Of a stretch of 64,000 bases of DNA, positions 14,101-24,636 are shown piece after piece. The notes under the pieces were generated by a model. It ran no database searches. It saw only the letters and a program-made list of their open reading frames with translations, and was not told where the DNA came from. Source of the DNA: Octopus vulgaris. Its lineage: Eukaryota. How positions within the stretch are numbered: the stretch's first letter is position 1; every line of letters begins with the position of its first letter. The DNA lies in the NCBI GenBank assembly GCA_951406725.2, contig OX597837.1:17360001-17424000 (forward strand), written 5' to 3'. The position numbers were made by a program, and so were the translations under genes.

Positions 14101-14197
14101 ATAAAGTCACATTTATATAAAATCATATCGATTCACTGATCCCATCAGTTGTACTGTCCATAATCTATGTTTGGCCCCCGGTGGGCAATAAAGAAAT
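11190..14197 (+). mobile_element. 5'-truncated Tx1/L1-clade non-LTR retrotransposon (EN C-terminal half, RT, 3' UTR)
   Basis: LLGDFN, YLDRILI, SDHKMV, WKLNTSLL, KSPELDGLPYELY, FRPITLLN, LDQSKAFDRVDH, QGCPLSP, FADD; one stop and frameshifts; ends in aataaagaaat. Confidence 0.93.
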
Positions 14198-14198
14198 T

Positions 14199-14540
14199 CG
14201 TATTTCGTCTGCTACTACGTTCTGAGTTCAAATTCCGCCGAAGTCGATTTTGCCTTTCATCCTTTCAGGGTCGATTAAATAAGTACCAGTTGCGCACTGG
14301 GGTCAATATAATCGACTTAATCCGTTTGTCTGTCCTTGTTTGTCCTCTCTGTGTTTAGCCCCTTGTGGGTAGTAAAGAAATAGGTATTTCGTCTGTCTTT
14401 ACGTTCCGAGTTTAAATTCCGCCGAGGTCGACTTTACCTTTCATCCTCTCGAGGTCGATAAATTAAGTACCAGTTGCGTACTGGGGTCGATCTAATCGAC
14501 TGGCTCCCAACCCCCAAAATTTTGGGCCTTATGTAGAAAT
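14199..14540 (+). mobile_element. Two tandem 5'-truncated SINE family A units
   Basis: Both begin gtatttcgtctg...acgtt(c)gagtt(c/t)aaattccgccg; unit 1 ends in a Tx1-like tail. Confidence 0.85.
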
Positions 14541-14852
14541 AAAGTATATTATTCGTAGCAGACATTCTCTCGACATCGTTCACACGCGCCTGACTCGGAT
14601 TCAGAAGTTACAGTTTGAGTTATCTATAATCGTAAAAATTAAAAGTAATAAACTGTAAACGTATAGACAAATACCAAAATATATAGTATTTGGGTATATA
14701 GGTATGTTAAAAATTATTTAAGCCATTAGCCTGACTGTTGATTTTCTGTCGTATCTTTCAGTATTATTGGTGGTTTAAATGAGAGTTTTAACTCCTCTTT
14801 TCTAACGACTTGTGCGCCCTTATCATTGATATATACACACACACACACACAC

Positions 14853-14883
<31 letters not shown>

Positions 14884-15623
14884 ATTGTGTGTGTGTGTGT
14901 GTGTGCGTGCACACATGCATACATATACCGTTTTTTCGCATGATTTAACAATTATATTTATCAATAAGAAAACTCATTTAAAACAGCTATAGTGAATAAA
15001 CCAATTTCCATCTGTTATTCACCTTACTTGGAACTTGCAATAAGCGTGGGTCTGGAGTCTATTATGCGCAGTACAATAGTTGCAGTGTGTGTTCAGCCGA
15101 CTCATGGTATATTCAGTCGGAAGATTGTCGATAATATTAATATGCCAATTTTTCTTTTTGTACGTACCTGGCGTGTGTGTCACACATACTTCAAAGAAGT
15201 GAGTGGCAAAGTGAGAGAGAGAGAGAGAGGAGGATAGAGAGGAAGTAAGAGAGATAGAGAGAGAGTGTGAGAGAGAGTGAATTGAAGAGACAGTTAGTTG
15301 TGACGGCATTCGTTTTGTGTTTATAAATGATTCAGAGAGGAAGTAAGAGAGAAAGAGAGAGAGAGAGAGAGTGACAGAGATAATGAGTGGTGACGACGTT
15401 CGATTTGTGTTTTTAAACGTTAATCACATCGCAAGTAAAGTAGACACATAAATGCATACACACATTGTTAAGTTAAAAGAGGGAGAGAGGAGGAACACAA
15501 AGGAAGTGAAAGAGGAGGAGAGAAAGTGAGAGAGACGGTAGATCCAAAGAAAAGTTTATACATAGACGCAGAAAATATTGGATGTCACTTTCACTTTTCA
15601 TTACCACACGAGGATAAAATTAA

Positions 15624-15768
15624 CTCGCAAGTGGCTGAGTACTCCTCAGACATGCATATTATTAACGTACTTCTCAAGGAGATTCAGCCTCGCACAGAAT
15701 ATAACGAGGCTGACCCCTTTCAATTACAGCTTCAACTCATTTTGGCCAGCTGAGTGGACTAGATCAAG
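15624..15768 (-). mobile_element. SINE family C, 3' fragment
   Basis: Homologous to 16135-16270 (gcaagtggctgagtactcc...cagctgagtggact). Confidence 0.7.
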
Positions 15769-16134
15769 ATAAGCCTTCAAGTGGTTGGAAGAAAACGAAA
15801 AAAGATTCTATACAGGGACAGGGAAGTCTTTTTAGTCGTTAGGGTCACTATGGGTGTTAATCCGGTCCTAACAGCGGCATTTGTGGGTCTCACAGATCTG
15901 GAGGCCAAGCCTCCAAATAAACATCGACGCGCAGGCTGTTGTTATCAAGCTGAGCGTGAGTCGAGGCCGAATACACGACGGAATAGCAATTATTTCGTCT
16001 TAGCTTTCATTGCTTATGCTAAACACGACATTTTTACCTCACGCTGTGGAACATTTCCTTTCCTTTCACGCTTTACGGTTACGACAACAAGGTTCCTGTT
16101 TTTTTGATCAACAAACAGTCTGCTCGTAAATTTA

Positions 16135-16387
16135 ATGCGCAAGTGGTTGAGTACTCCACAGACATGCATACCATAACGTAGTTCTAAGGGAGATTTAACT
16201 TCATATAGAATGTGACAAGGCTGGCTCCTTTGAATTACAGGTACAACTCACTTTTGACAGCTGAGTGGACTGCAACAAGGTGAAGTAGAGTACCTTGTTC
16301 AAGAACACAACGCACGGCAGGGTATCGTGCTCATGACTTTACGATCGTGGGCCGAATACCCCTAACCACTGAGCCACGTACCTTCAC
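16135..16387 (-). mobile_element. tRNA-derived SINE family C
   Basis: Reverse strand starts gtgaaggtacgtggctcagtggttagggtattcgg (A box), followed by ttgtgttcttgaacaagg core. Confidence 0.75.
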
Positions 16388-17070
16388 TCTCTTAACCGTA
16401 GAGAAAAGGAGTGAAGCGATAAAGACAGAGAAAGGAAAGCCTCAGTCATTTACAATGACAATTAGACTGAAATACGATCGATCTTTTCTAGCTTCTTTGC
16501 TTCTAACAATGAAGAAGAGGGGAAAGACATTTAGCAATGAATAGAGGGAAAGTCTTTCAGGTGTTTACGTTTTTATTCTGGAAGTTCTAGAACGATTGAG
16601 TGTTAGTTCTCTCTTCTTTCCCCCACCCTGGTACTTATTCACTCTGTTTCATAGTTCTTCGTGTCTTTTAGTAGGTGGGGAAAGACCATGATTTTTTTTC
16701 AGGCACGTTTAACGTTTTCTCTAGAAACTACAAACGAGCCCCACTCTTTTCCTTTTTTTTCATACAAAATCTAATGCAAATTTCGAACAGGATATAGCTG
16801 TGAAAAGAGCCCAGAAAAATGGGTAATACCTCTACAAAACGGGTGGGGGAGACAAATTGCCAACAGGTAGATACACAACAGGTAGGTACTTTAAAAAGTG
16901 TCTTCTGTTATAGCCTCGGGCCAGCCAAAGCCTCGTGAGTTGATTTGGTAGACGGAAACTGAAAGAATCCCGTCATATATATATATATATATCTTATGAT
17001 ATCTTATGATAAAAGGCAGATTTTATCTGCCTCTCACATAGTTTGTTTTTAATACAATTGTACAATATAG

Positions 17071-17655
17071 AATTTCTTCAATTGGAATTTACCTATGATT
17101 TTTCGAAGTAGATTCGATTGGGTCATGGCATATAAAGTTTTTTCAATTTGACCCCCAATTAAGCAAAAATTCGAGAAAACTAAATATTTTACGATTTGCC
17201 TCTCTAATTTCAACTGCTTCACTCCTTCTATTACCACACTTTCTCCTACTTTCTCTTTGCAAGTGTACCTTCAACCACTACTCAAAAAAAATACACAGGA
17301 AACAGAAACAAATAAATACATAACGATTTACTCCTCACACAATTTCTTCAATTGGAATTTACCTATGATTTTTCGAAGTAGATTCGATTGGGTCATGGCA
17401 TATAAAGTTTTTTCAATTTGACCCCCAATTAAGCAAAAATTCGAGAAAACTAAATATTTTACGATTTGCCTCACTAATTTCAACTGCTTCACTCCTTCTA
17501 TTACCACACTTTCTCCTACTTTCTCTTTGCAAGTGTACCTTCAACCACTACTAAAAAAAAAAATACACAGGAAACAGAAACAAATAAATACATAACGATT
17601 TACTCCTCACACAATTTCTTCAATTGGAATTTACCTATGATTTTTCGAAGTACAT
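17071..17655. repeat. ~270-bp tandem repeat, about 2.2 near-identical copies
   Basis: aatttcttcaattggaatttacctatg recurs at 17071, 17341 and 17613. Confidence 0.95.
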
Positions 17656-17783
17656 TCCATTCTATATTTTATAAATTAAAATTGGTTTTTAATTTACTTT
17701 CTGTCGCTAAGTTTTGGTAGTATTAATTTGCGAGCGTACTTCAGTTGTCAACTGTTGAAAAAAAGAAATTGTGAGCTAAGAAG

Positions 17784-17815
<32 letters not shown>

Positions 17816-17984
17816 GTGTGTGTGTGTGTCTGTGTGTGAGTGTATGTGTGTGTGTGTGTGTAGGAAGTGAAGGATAAAAATATGGCAAGAAGTGGACAGA
17901 TGTACATATATACATACATACATCCATACATACATACATGTGTGTGTGTGTGTGTGTATTATGTGTATTAATGTGTGTGTGTTA

Positions 17985-18373
17985 TCTCTCTATATAAAGC
18001 TGAAGTTGTCTGTGTGCGCCAGGTTTGGTAACCTTCAACTAACACTATCTCCTCCGAGACCCTGCGGCGCAAGTTGACCAAAATTGAGAGTATGATAGAA
18101 GAAGGGTTGCTCTTCCTTCCGTAGAAGATAAAATTCAAATCGGACCATGTTAACACCAAAAATGATTTACATCAAAAAGGTGCTTTTTTCTATGAAAATC
18201 CCTATTTTTTACGATTTTTTGACAGCTGTGTCGCCACTTTTCGGTGTATTTCAACCAGAAAAATGTTCACTTGAAGAGAATAACAAGCTACATAATGCAA
18301 AATCTTTACTTTTCAAAAATTCCAATTCCAGCGGGTCGAAACAAATCCGAGCAACGCCGGGCGATACTGCTAG
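17985..18373 (+). mobile_element. Non-autonomous Helitron
   Basis: A|TC start (tctctctatataaagctgaagttg), 3' hairpin ccgagcaacgccggg, CTAG|T end, no TSD. Confidence 0.85.
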
Positions 18374-18629
18374 TATATATATATATATATACACACAGGA
18401 GGACAAACACAGACGCAAACACACACACACATAAAAATTAATTTAAGGATAACAATTAAGAAAAAAAAACGAAACGCTAAAACGAAAGCAATGGAAAATA
18501 ATTTTAATTTAACAATTAAGAAAAAGAAACGAAAGGCTAAAACGAAAGCAAAACCTCAAAACAAAAACAAAACGAATCATTTTAGACACACGCTTAACAA
18601 TTAAGAAAAAAAAAAAACGAAAGGCTAAA

Positions 18630-18883
18630 TTTTAGGGTTAGGGTTAGTGACAGGATGTTGTCTCAGTTTTAGACGCAGCAAATGATTTTAGCTCAATAGA
18701 GGGAATAGGATTGGTTAAAATTCGAAAAATTAAACTACGTTAAACTTACAAATTACAATTTTCTCAAGAAAGCCAAGAGAAAAAAATGTTTTATTTTGAC
18801 ACATTCTACCAGTATACGATGTTTAAAAGTGTTTAGTTAACTAGAAATTGTGTTGAAAACTGCCGTTCAAAAGGAAAAGATCC
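18630..18883. mobile_element. Partial relative of the telomere-repeat MITE
   Basis: ttagggttagggttag at ~18633, then TIR-like gacacattctaccagtatacg...caaaaggaaaagatcc. Confidence 0.65.
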
Positions 18884-19113
18884 GAACTTTCGTACCACTA
18901 AACCAAGAAGTTTCTTTGAATATGTGTGATGTATTTTAAGGTTAAATAATAATTCTGTTTACGTTTGCGTCACTAAGATATTTTGGTTGGATTATATAGT
19001 TATCGGTTTTACACGTCTTTCTATATTCTGTAACTGTCACAATATAGAAACATTTCTCATGGCACCAGCACACAATTTAGAGGTGCTTGTGAATTTTTCA
19101 ACGGGTCCAGCTA

Positions 19114-19158
<45 letters not shown>

Positions 19159-19715
19159 GAGTGAGAGAGCAGTGCATGCCATCAAAGTGACACTGGGGTA
19201 AAATATACGAAGCCCAATATACCCATCATGACTACCCGTCTGATAAGGGTACACTAGGCACATGCATCACAACCATATGTGCGCGACATGGTGATCTCAT
19301 ATCAAGATAAACAGCACATGACCTTGCAGGTGGGGCCCAGTTAGAATTTTCTTCAGGTTGAGTAACCCATCCCGCTCAAAAGGTCCCTGAATAAGGGTTG
19401 TTTAAGGATGTTGAAAGAACCACCCATGTTTCCAGAGGTGAATTATTCAAACCGCAAAGAATCCCTCTCAACACATGGCTATGATGCTCCCCCACTACTT
19501 CTGCTCGTGATCAGAGATGCACATATTGTCAGCCACTAAGGGACATGCTCAACTGGTTAAGGTCAAACAACTGACAAGCAAATCTGTGGTATTGAGCAGA
19601 ATATTTGCTGTAGCCCATCTTTTATACCAAGACAAAACAATGTACATGATAACACTTCCAATCAGTTAAGATCAGAAGCCACGAGAGCCACTGCCTGGTA
19701 CTGCATCAGGGCATT
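19159..19715. mobile_element. ~557-bp non-coding insertion within an (ATT/TAA)n microsatellite
   Basis: Complex sequence bounded sharply by (att)n on both sides; no ORF and no TIR seen. Confidence 0.6.
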
Positions 19716-19728
19716 TATTATTATAATG

Positions 19729-19781
<53 letters not shown>

Positions 19782-19805
19782 TATTATTATTATTATTATT
19801 ATTAA

Positions 19806-19905
19806 CGCGGTGAACTTACAGAATCGTTAGAACTCCGGGCAAAATCCCTAGCAGCATTTCGTTCGTCTTTACGTTCTGAGTTCTAATCCCGCCGGAGTCG
19901 TGGCT
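19806..19905 (+). mobile_element. SINE family A head, truncated at a Helitron
   Basis: gcggtgaacttacagaatcgttag...acgttctgagttctaatcccgccg. Confidence 0.7.
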
Positions 19906-19909
19906 TATA

Positions 19910-20307
19910 TCTTTATATATAAAACTGAAGTTGTGTGTCTGTCTCCTACGATTTAGATTCGTAACTACTCCCACATTTTGCGGTGCAGTTTCACCAAAAG
20001 CGGGTATCTTAAAGTCGTGAGTCATATCGAGCCCTTCTGGGTATTAGCGCGCGTCTACGATGAGTCTACGATTTAAAAAAAAATTTACCATCATATTTTT
20101 CCATTTTAATGCATTTTTTCGCTATTTTATAAGGGAAGTAACTCTCTAAAAATATCTACGATGTGTCAACGATTTAAAAAAAAATTTACCTTAATTTTTT
20201 TTCCATTTTTAATGCATTTTTTTGCTATTTTTTGGCTATAACTCTCTAAAAATGCTTATATAGTTATTTCCCTTACAAACCCGAGCAACGCCGGGCGATA
20301 CTGCTAG
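19910..20307 (+). mobile_element. Non-autonomous Helitron
   Basis: A|TCtttatatataaaactgaagttg ... ccgagcaacgccgggcgatactgCTAG|T; last 27 nt identical to the 17985-18373 copy. Confidence 0.88.
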
Positions 20308-20826
20308 TGAATAAATAAATACAAATAATCAGACCAGAGAGTTTCACAAAAATTCACAACATATATTCCTTTTAATTTGAAGTTTCTGTGTTTGAGGATT
20401 TAAGCCATAACTTAATTAGCTTAAAAAATCCGATTCTGCAAAATCCCTTATTGACGTTCATGGTTCGTTGTACTAACCCGCCTCATCACCCTTTTTTCCA
20501 TATTTTAAAATGTAAATATACAAAGTTTTGAAAGGAAAAAAAAAGGAAAAGTACCCTTTTACAAGTTCAAAATTCTGACATAGTAATGGGAAGGGCAGTC
20601 AATTTTGATTGCTATTTCAACAGAAAGGAAAAGTTGGTGCATGGAAAGCTAAATAGTTTATTGATATTATCTCCACTCTGAGGAGCAAAAGAAAATTTTC
20701 CGTGGAGCCGAGCTGACAAAAACCACTGCAAACCTCTACCATACTTCTCTCAAAATTACTGAAGTTGTGTATAAATTAGAAGGATGTATTATTATTGTTG
20801 TTGTTATCATCATCACCACCATCACT

Positions 20827-21270
20827 AAAGGGGTGAGTTGGCAGAGTGGTTAGCACGCTGGGCAAAATGCTTAAAGGCCTTTCGTCCGTCTCTGTGTTCT
20901 GAGTTCAAATGTCGCAGAGGTCCACTTTCCATTTCATCCTTTCGGGTCCGATAAAATAAGTACCAGTTGAGCACTGGAGTTGATGTAATCGACATGCCAT
21001 CACCGCCGAAAATGTTAGCTGGGTCAATATTTGAAAGTATTATCACTGAAGGCAATGAGCTGGCAGAATCGTTAGCACGCTGGGCGAAATGCCGCCAAAC
21101 ATTCTGTCTGTCTTCTCGTTCTGTGTTCAAATTCCGCCGAAGTCGACTTTGCCTGTCATCCTTTCTTCACCGATGAAAAACAAAACAAAAAAAAAGCGCC
21201 AGTCAAATACTGGGCTTCCGCTCCCTTCAAAAGTATTGCCCCCCGCCCCCCATGCCAAAATTATAAAGAA
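20827..21270 (+). mobile_element. Two adjacent SINE family A copies
   Basis: Heads at ~20827 and ~21048 (gag(t/c)tggcaga...gttagcacgctgggc) with B-box gttcaaat. Confidence 0.8.
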
Positions 21271-21286
21271 TTATTATTATCATTAC

Positions 21287-21387
21287 CTTTCATAAAGTGA
21301 TAGCTTTGCTTCTACTTCATCGTCAACAGGATCTTCTGGCAGCTCTGTACTGTCAACGTCTTGGGTATTTGACATAGAAGTTTCCAT
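21287..21387 (-). CDS. Candidate first coding exon of an unidentified host gene ([33 protein letters not shown])
   Basis: ATG-initiated, stop-free acidic peptide ending AAG|GTAATG donor; non-repetitive island between a SINE and (TA)n; no homology recognised. Confidence 0.35.
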
Positions 21388-21416
21388 TTGTTATTTAAAA
21401 ATACACACATACACAC

Positions 21417-21510
<94 letters not shown>

Positions 21511-21928
21511 ATATATATATATATATATACACAACACACACACGCACGTTTAAACTGCTGCTGTCTAGAGAGTGAGAGAATTACGTGTGCAATTAAGAGA
21601 AATACTAAATAAATGACGTTTCACAAAACTACTTGCTGCTAGAGAGAGAGAAGGAGAATTCAAAAATTAATAAAGGGAGGGGCACGTAACACATAAGACG
21701 CAACAAGTTTCTCGTATACACAAGTATACGCAGAAACATAGCGGCGTGTGTGTGTGTATTGGTGTGCGTGTGTGTTATTTCTACCACTGTAATCCAGCTT
21801 TTCATAAATTCACTGGGACAGAGCATTTTCCTCTCCGCCCACCACTTGGTTGTAGAGCGAGCTTCTTAATTACAGCCATACTTACGCCTGTGTGAGTGTG
21901 TATTTGTGCGTGCGTGTATGTGTGCGTG

Positions 21929-22002
<74 letters not shown>

Positions 22003-22086
22003 CGTATGTGTGAGAGCTCATCGTTCGACAAAACCCATCAAACCAGGTTGCAGTCGAATGACTGAAACAAGTGAAGGAACATCAGA

Positions 22087-22411
22087 ATGGTGGTTGTGTG
22101 GTAAGAAGCTTGCTTCCCAATCACATGGTTCCGGGTTCAGTACCAGTGCCTGGCACCTTGGGCAAATGGATTTTTCTTGACGGTTACTGAAAGAAGTCTG
22201 TCGTATGTAGATGTATATATCTATGCGTGAGTCTTCATATCTGTGTTTGATCCCCACCACCATTTCACAACCGGTGTTGGCGTGTTTTCGTTTCTTTAAC
22301 TTAGCAGTTCGGCCAAAGGAAACGACAGATTAAGTTACAGGCATAAAAAAGTCCTGGGGTCGATTTGTTCGACCAAAAATTATTCAAGGTGGTGCCCCAG
22401 CATGGTTGCAG
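22087..22411 (+). mobile_element. tRNA-derived SINE family B
   Basis: tggttgtgtggtaagaagcttgcttcccaatcacatggttccgggttcagt, accttgggcaa; homologous to 53533-53884, 16870-16974 and 10548-10580. Confidence 0.8.
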
Positions 22412-22412
22412 T

Positions 22413-22517
<105 letters not shown>

Positions 22518-22680
22518 TAATGGTATTGGTAAGACAACAAAAGAACGAAAGAGACCTCGATATTATGTAAACAGGAATTTATCTGTAAATATAATATGTG
22601 ACAATTATTCGGTTTCTGATGTTTCGGAATTTTATCATAGCTATCGAACAATTGTCACATATTACACACAAACACACATA

Positions 22681-23570
22681 CAGGGTGCGGTGAATATATT
22701 GTCGTCTAAATTACGCAAAAATGGAAATAACACTAACATCTCATTTTAACTGATATATTTACCAAAATTACATAAAAATATCATGAAATACTAAAGAGTA
22801 AATTCATTCCATAAAATCGCCATTGGATTCAACCATGGCCTCCAGACGCCTTCGGAATTTCCTGCAACTCTTCTGGACGGTCTCCTTGTCTAAGTTAGTC
22901 AATGCTGCCATAATCCTTGCCTTCAGTTCATCTTTTGTGTTTCAAGGAGTTTTGTTGCTTTGTCGCTCAACTGCGCCCCACACATAATAATCGGGGGTGG
23001 GGGGTGTAGCTCGGGAGTTAGGTAGCCAGATGTTAGGGGTGATGAGGTCACAGAAATTGCCTGATAGCCATGACTAAGTTCTGCTTGTGCGACATAGTGC
23101 AGAGTCCTGTTGCTAGACATTGAGTTCGCCAGCAACCATCCTATTGACCGAGGGTTGCACTACCTCCTCCATGCACTTGGTGTAGGCCTTCGTGTTGTGT
23201 CTGAGACCGTGTGGGAAGATGAATGGAGGCATTATGTCACCATCACTAGTGATCACTCCAAACACCATGATGTTGACTGGATGTTTGATTTTTATCACTC
23301 TTGGTACATGTCCTCAGATTGCACTGTCCTCAGATTCACACCCAAACACTCTGAAATGTTTGTATTGGAGCTTCCGGTGCGAAAAGCAAGCAGCACAACA
23401 TGTCGTTTTCAAATTACTGGCAGAGTGAATTGCATCATGGTGCTTTTTTTCTCACAGACGGTGCCCAACTGACCCTACTATACTGTGTAGTCAACAAAAT
23501 AAAAAACAAGCAATGCGTATGCGCGAAATAAAAAAATATGAACTTGCGACAATTTTCTCATCGCACCTCG
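22681..23570 (-). mobile_element. Internally deleted Tc1/mariner-superfamily (maT/DD37D-like) transposon
   Basis: TA|cagggtgcggtgaatatattgtcg ... cgacaattttctcatcgcacctcg|TA imperfect TIRs; KHPVNIMVFGVITSDGDIMPPFIF, QQDSA, WLPNS..DYYVWG remnants. Confidence 0.85.
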
Positions 23571-23629
<59 letters not shown>

Positions 23630-23638
23630 GTATATGTG

Positions 23639-23682
<44 letters not shown>

Positions 23683-23693
23683 CTATGTATATA

Positions 23694-23736
<43 letters not shown>

Positions 23737-23824
23737 GCATATATATATATATTATATATCTATGTATATATATATACATATATATATATATATGCATATA
23801 TATATATATATTATATATCTATGT

Positions 23825-23871
<47 letters not shown>

Positions 23872-23951
23872 TTATTATATATCTATGTATATATATATAT
23901 ACATACATATATATATGTGCATATATATATATATTATATATCTATGTATGC

Positions 23952-24012
<61 letters not shown>

Positions 24013-24074
24013 GTGAGAGATAGATAGATAGATAGATAGAAAGATAGATAATAGTAATAAGTATTAAAGAAATA

Positions 24075-24574
24075 TGTAGATATATCTTTATAGAATCCAA
24101 TCGCTTGTTGCTTGTCAAGCAAGTCTGAAATTCCTTTGTCTTTGCCTCTCCACACTGAATGATTAATGGGAAATACTTGTTTAGGATTTAACCTACATCC
24201 TGGCCATAGAGTATATAACATGGCATTTCTTTCTCCAGCCTCTTCAACTTTCTGTCGGCAACCGAAGCGCACCTTTCGGCCGAGTCAAAGGGACGATGTC
24301 ACCTTTACCCTTTCCTCCTCTCTGTCAGTAGAGTGCAATCCTTACTCTTTCTCTCCCTACCAGCTGAACGTAACTTCCACACTACTGACTAAGAACCAGC
24401 GGGCGAAATCTTGTCACTATCAACTATGTACAGTTACTGCTGTCTTACTAACAACTGCGGGCAAATAAATTTGTAAATATTATTCATTCTTCTTAGGTGT
24501 TCTCTTTCGCGTGGTATCTCCAACGTGAGAACCTTACATTTTCCATTTTCACTTCAACAGTAGTTACATCTACA
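24075..24574 (+). mobile_element. Orphan LTR candidate (500 bp)
   Basis: TGTAGAT...ATCTACA inverted ends, internal AATAAA, followed by PBS-like tgatgaccccga; no TSD. Confidence 0.5.
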
Positions 24575-24636
24575 CACTGCATGTGATGACCCCGAACACC
24601 GCACACACGCACACACACACAGATAGATCAAAACAG

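Noticed and set aside
16300-16387. Genuine tRNA genes at SINE heads
   Set aside because: Cloverleaf is degenerate and continues into SINE body sequence.
17071-17655. Possible CRISPR-like or regularly spaced array
   Set aside because: Plain tandem duplication without unique spacers, in eukaryotic DNA.
23513-24023. Long YI/poly-I/CV/HT ORFs here and at 29.5, 36.4, 38.5-39.9, 41.4, 51.3, 62.5 and 63.3 kb
   Set aside because: Stop-free translations of microsatellites, not genes.
24380-24425. ctgacta...gaaa...tc hammerhead-like spacing in the orphan LTR
   Set aside because: Core G8 is missing and stems I and II do not pair.
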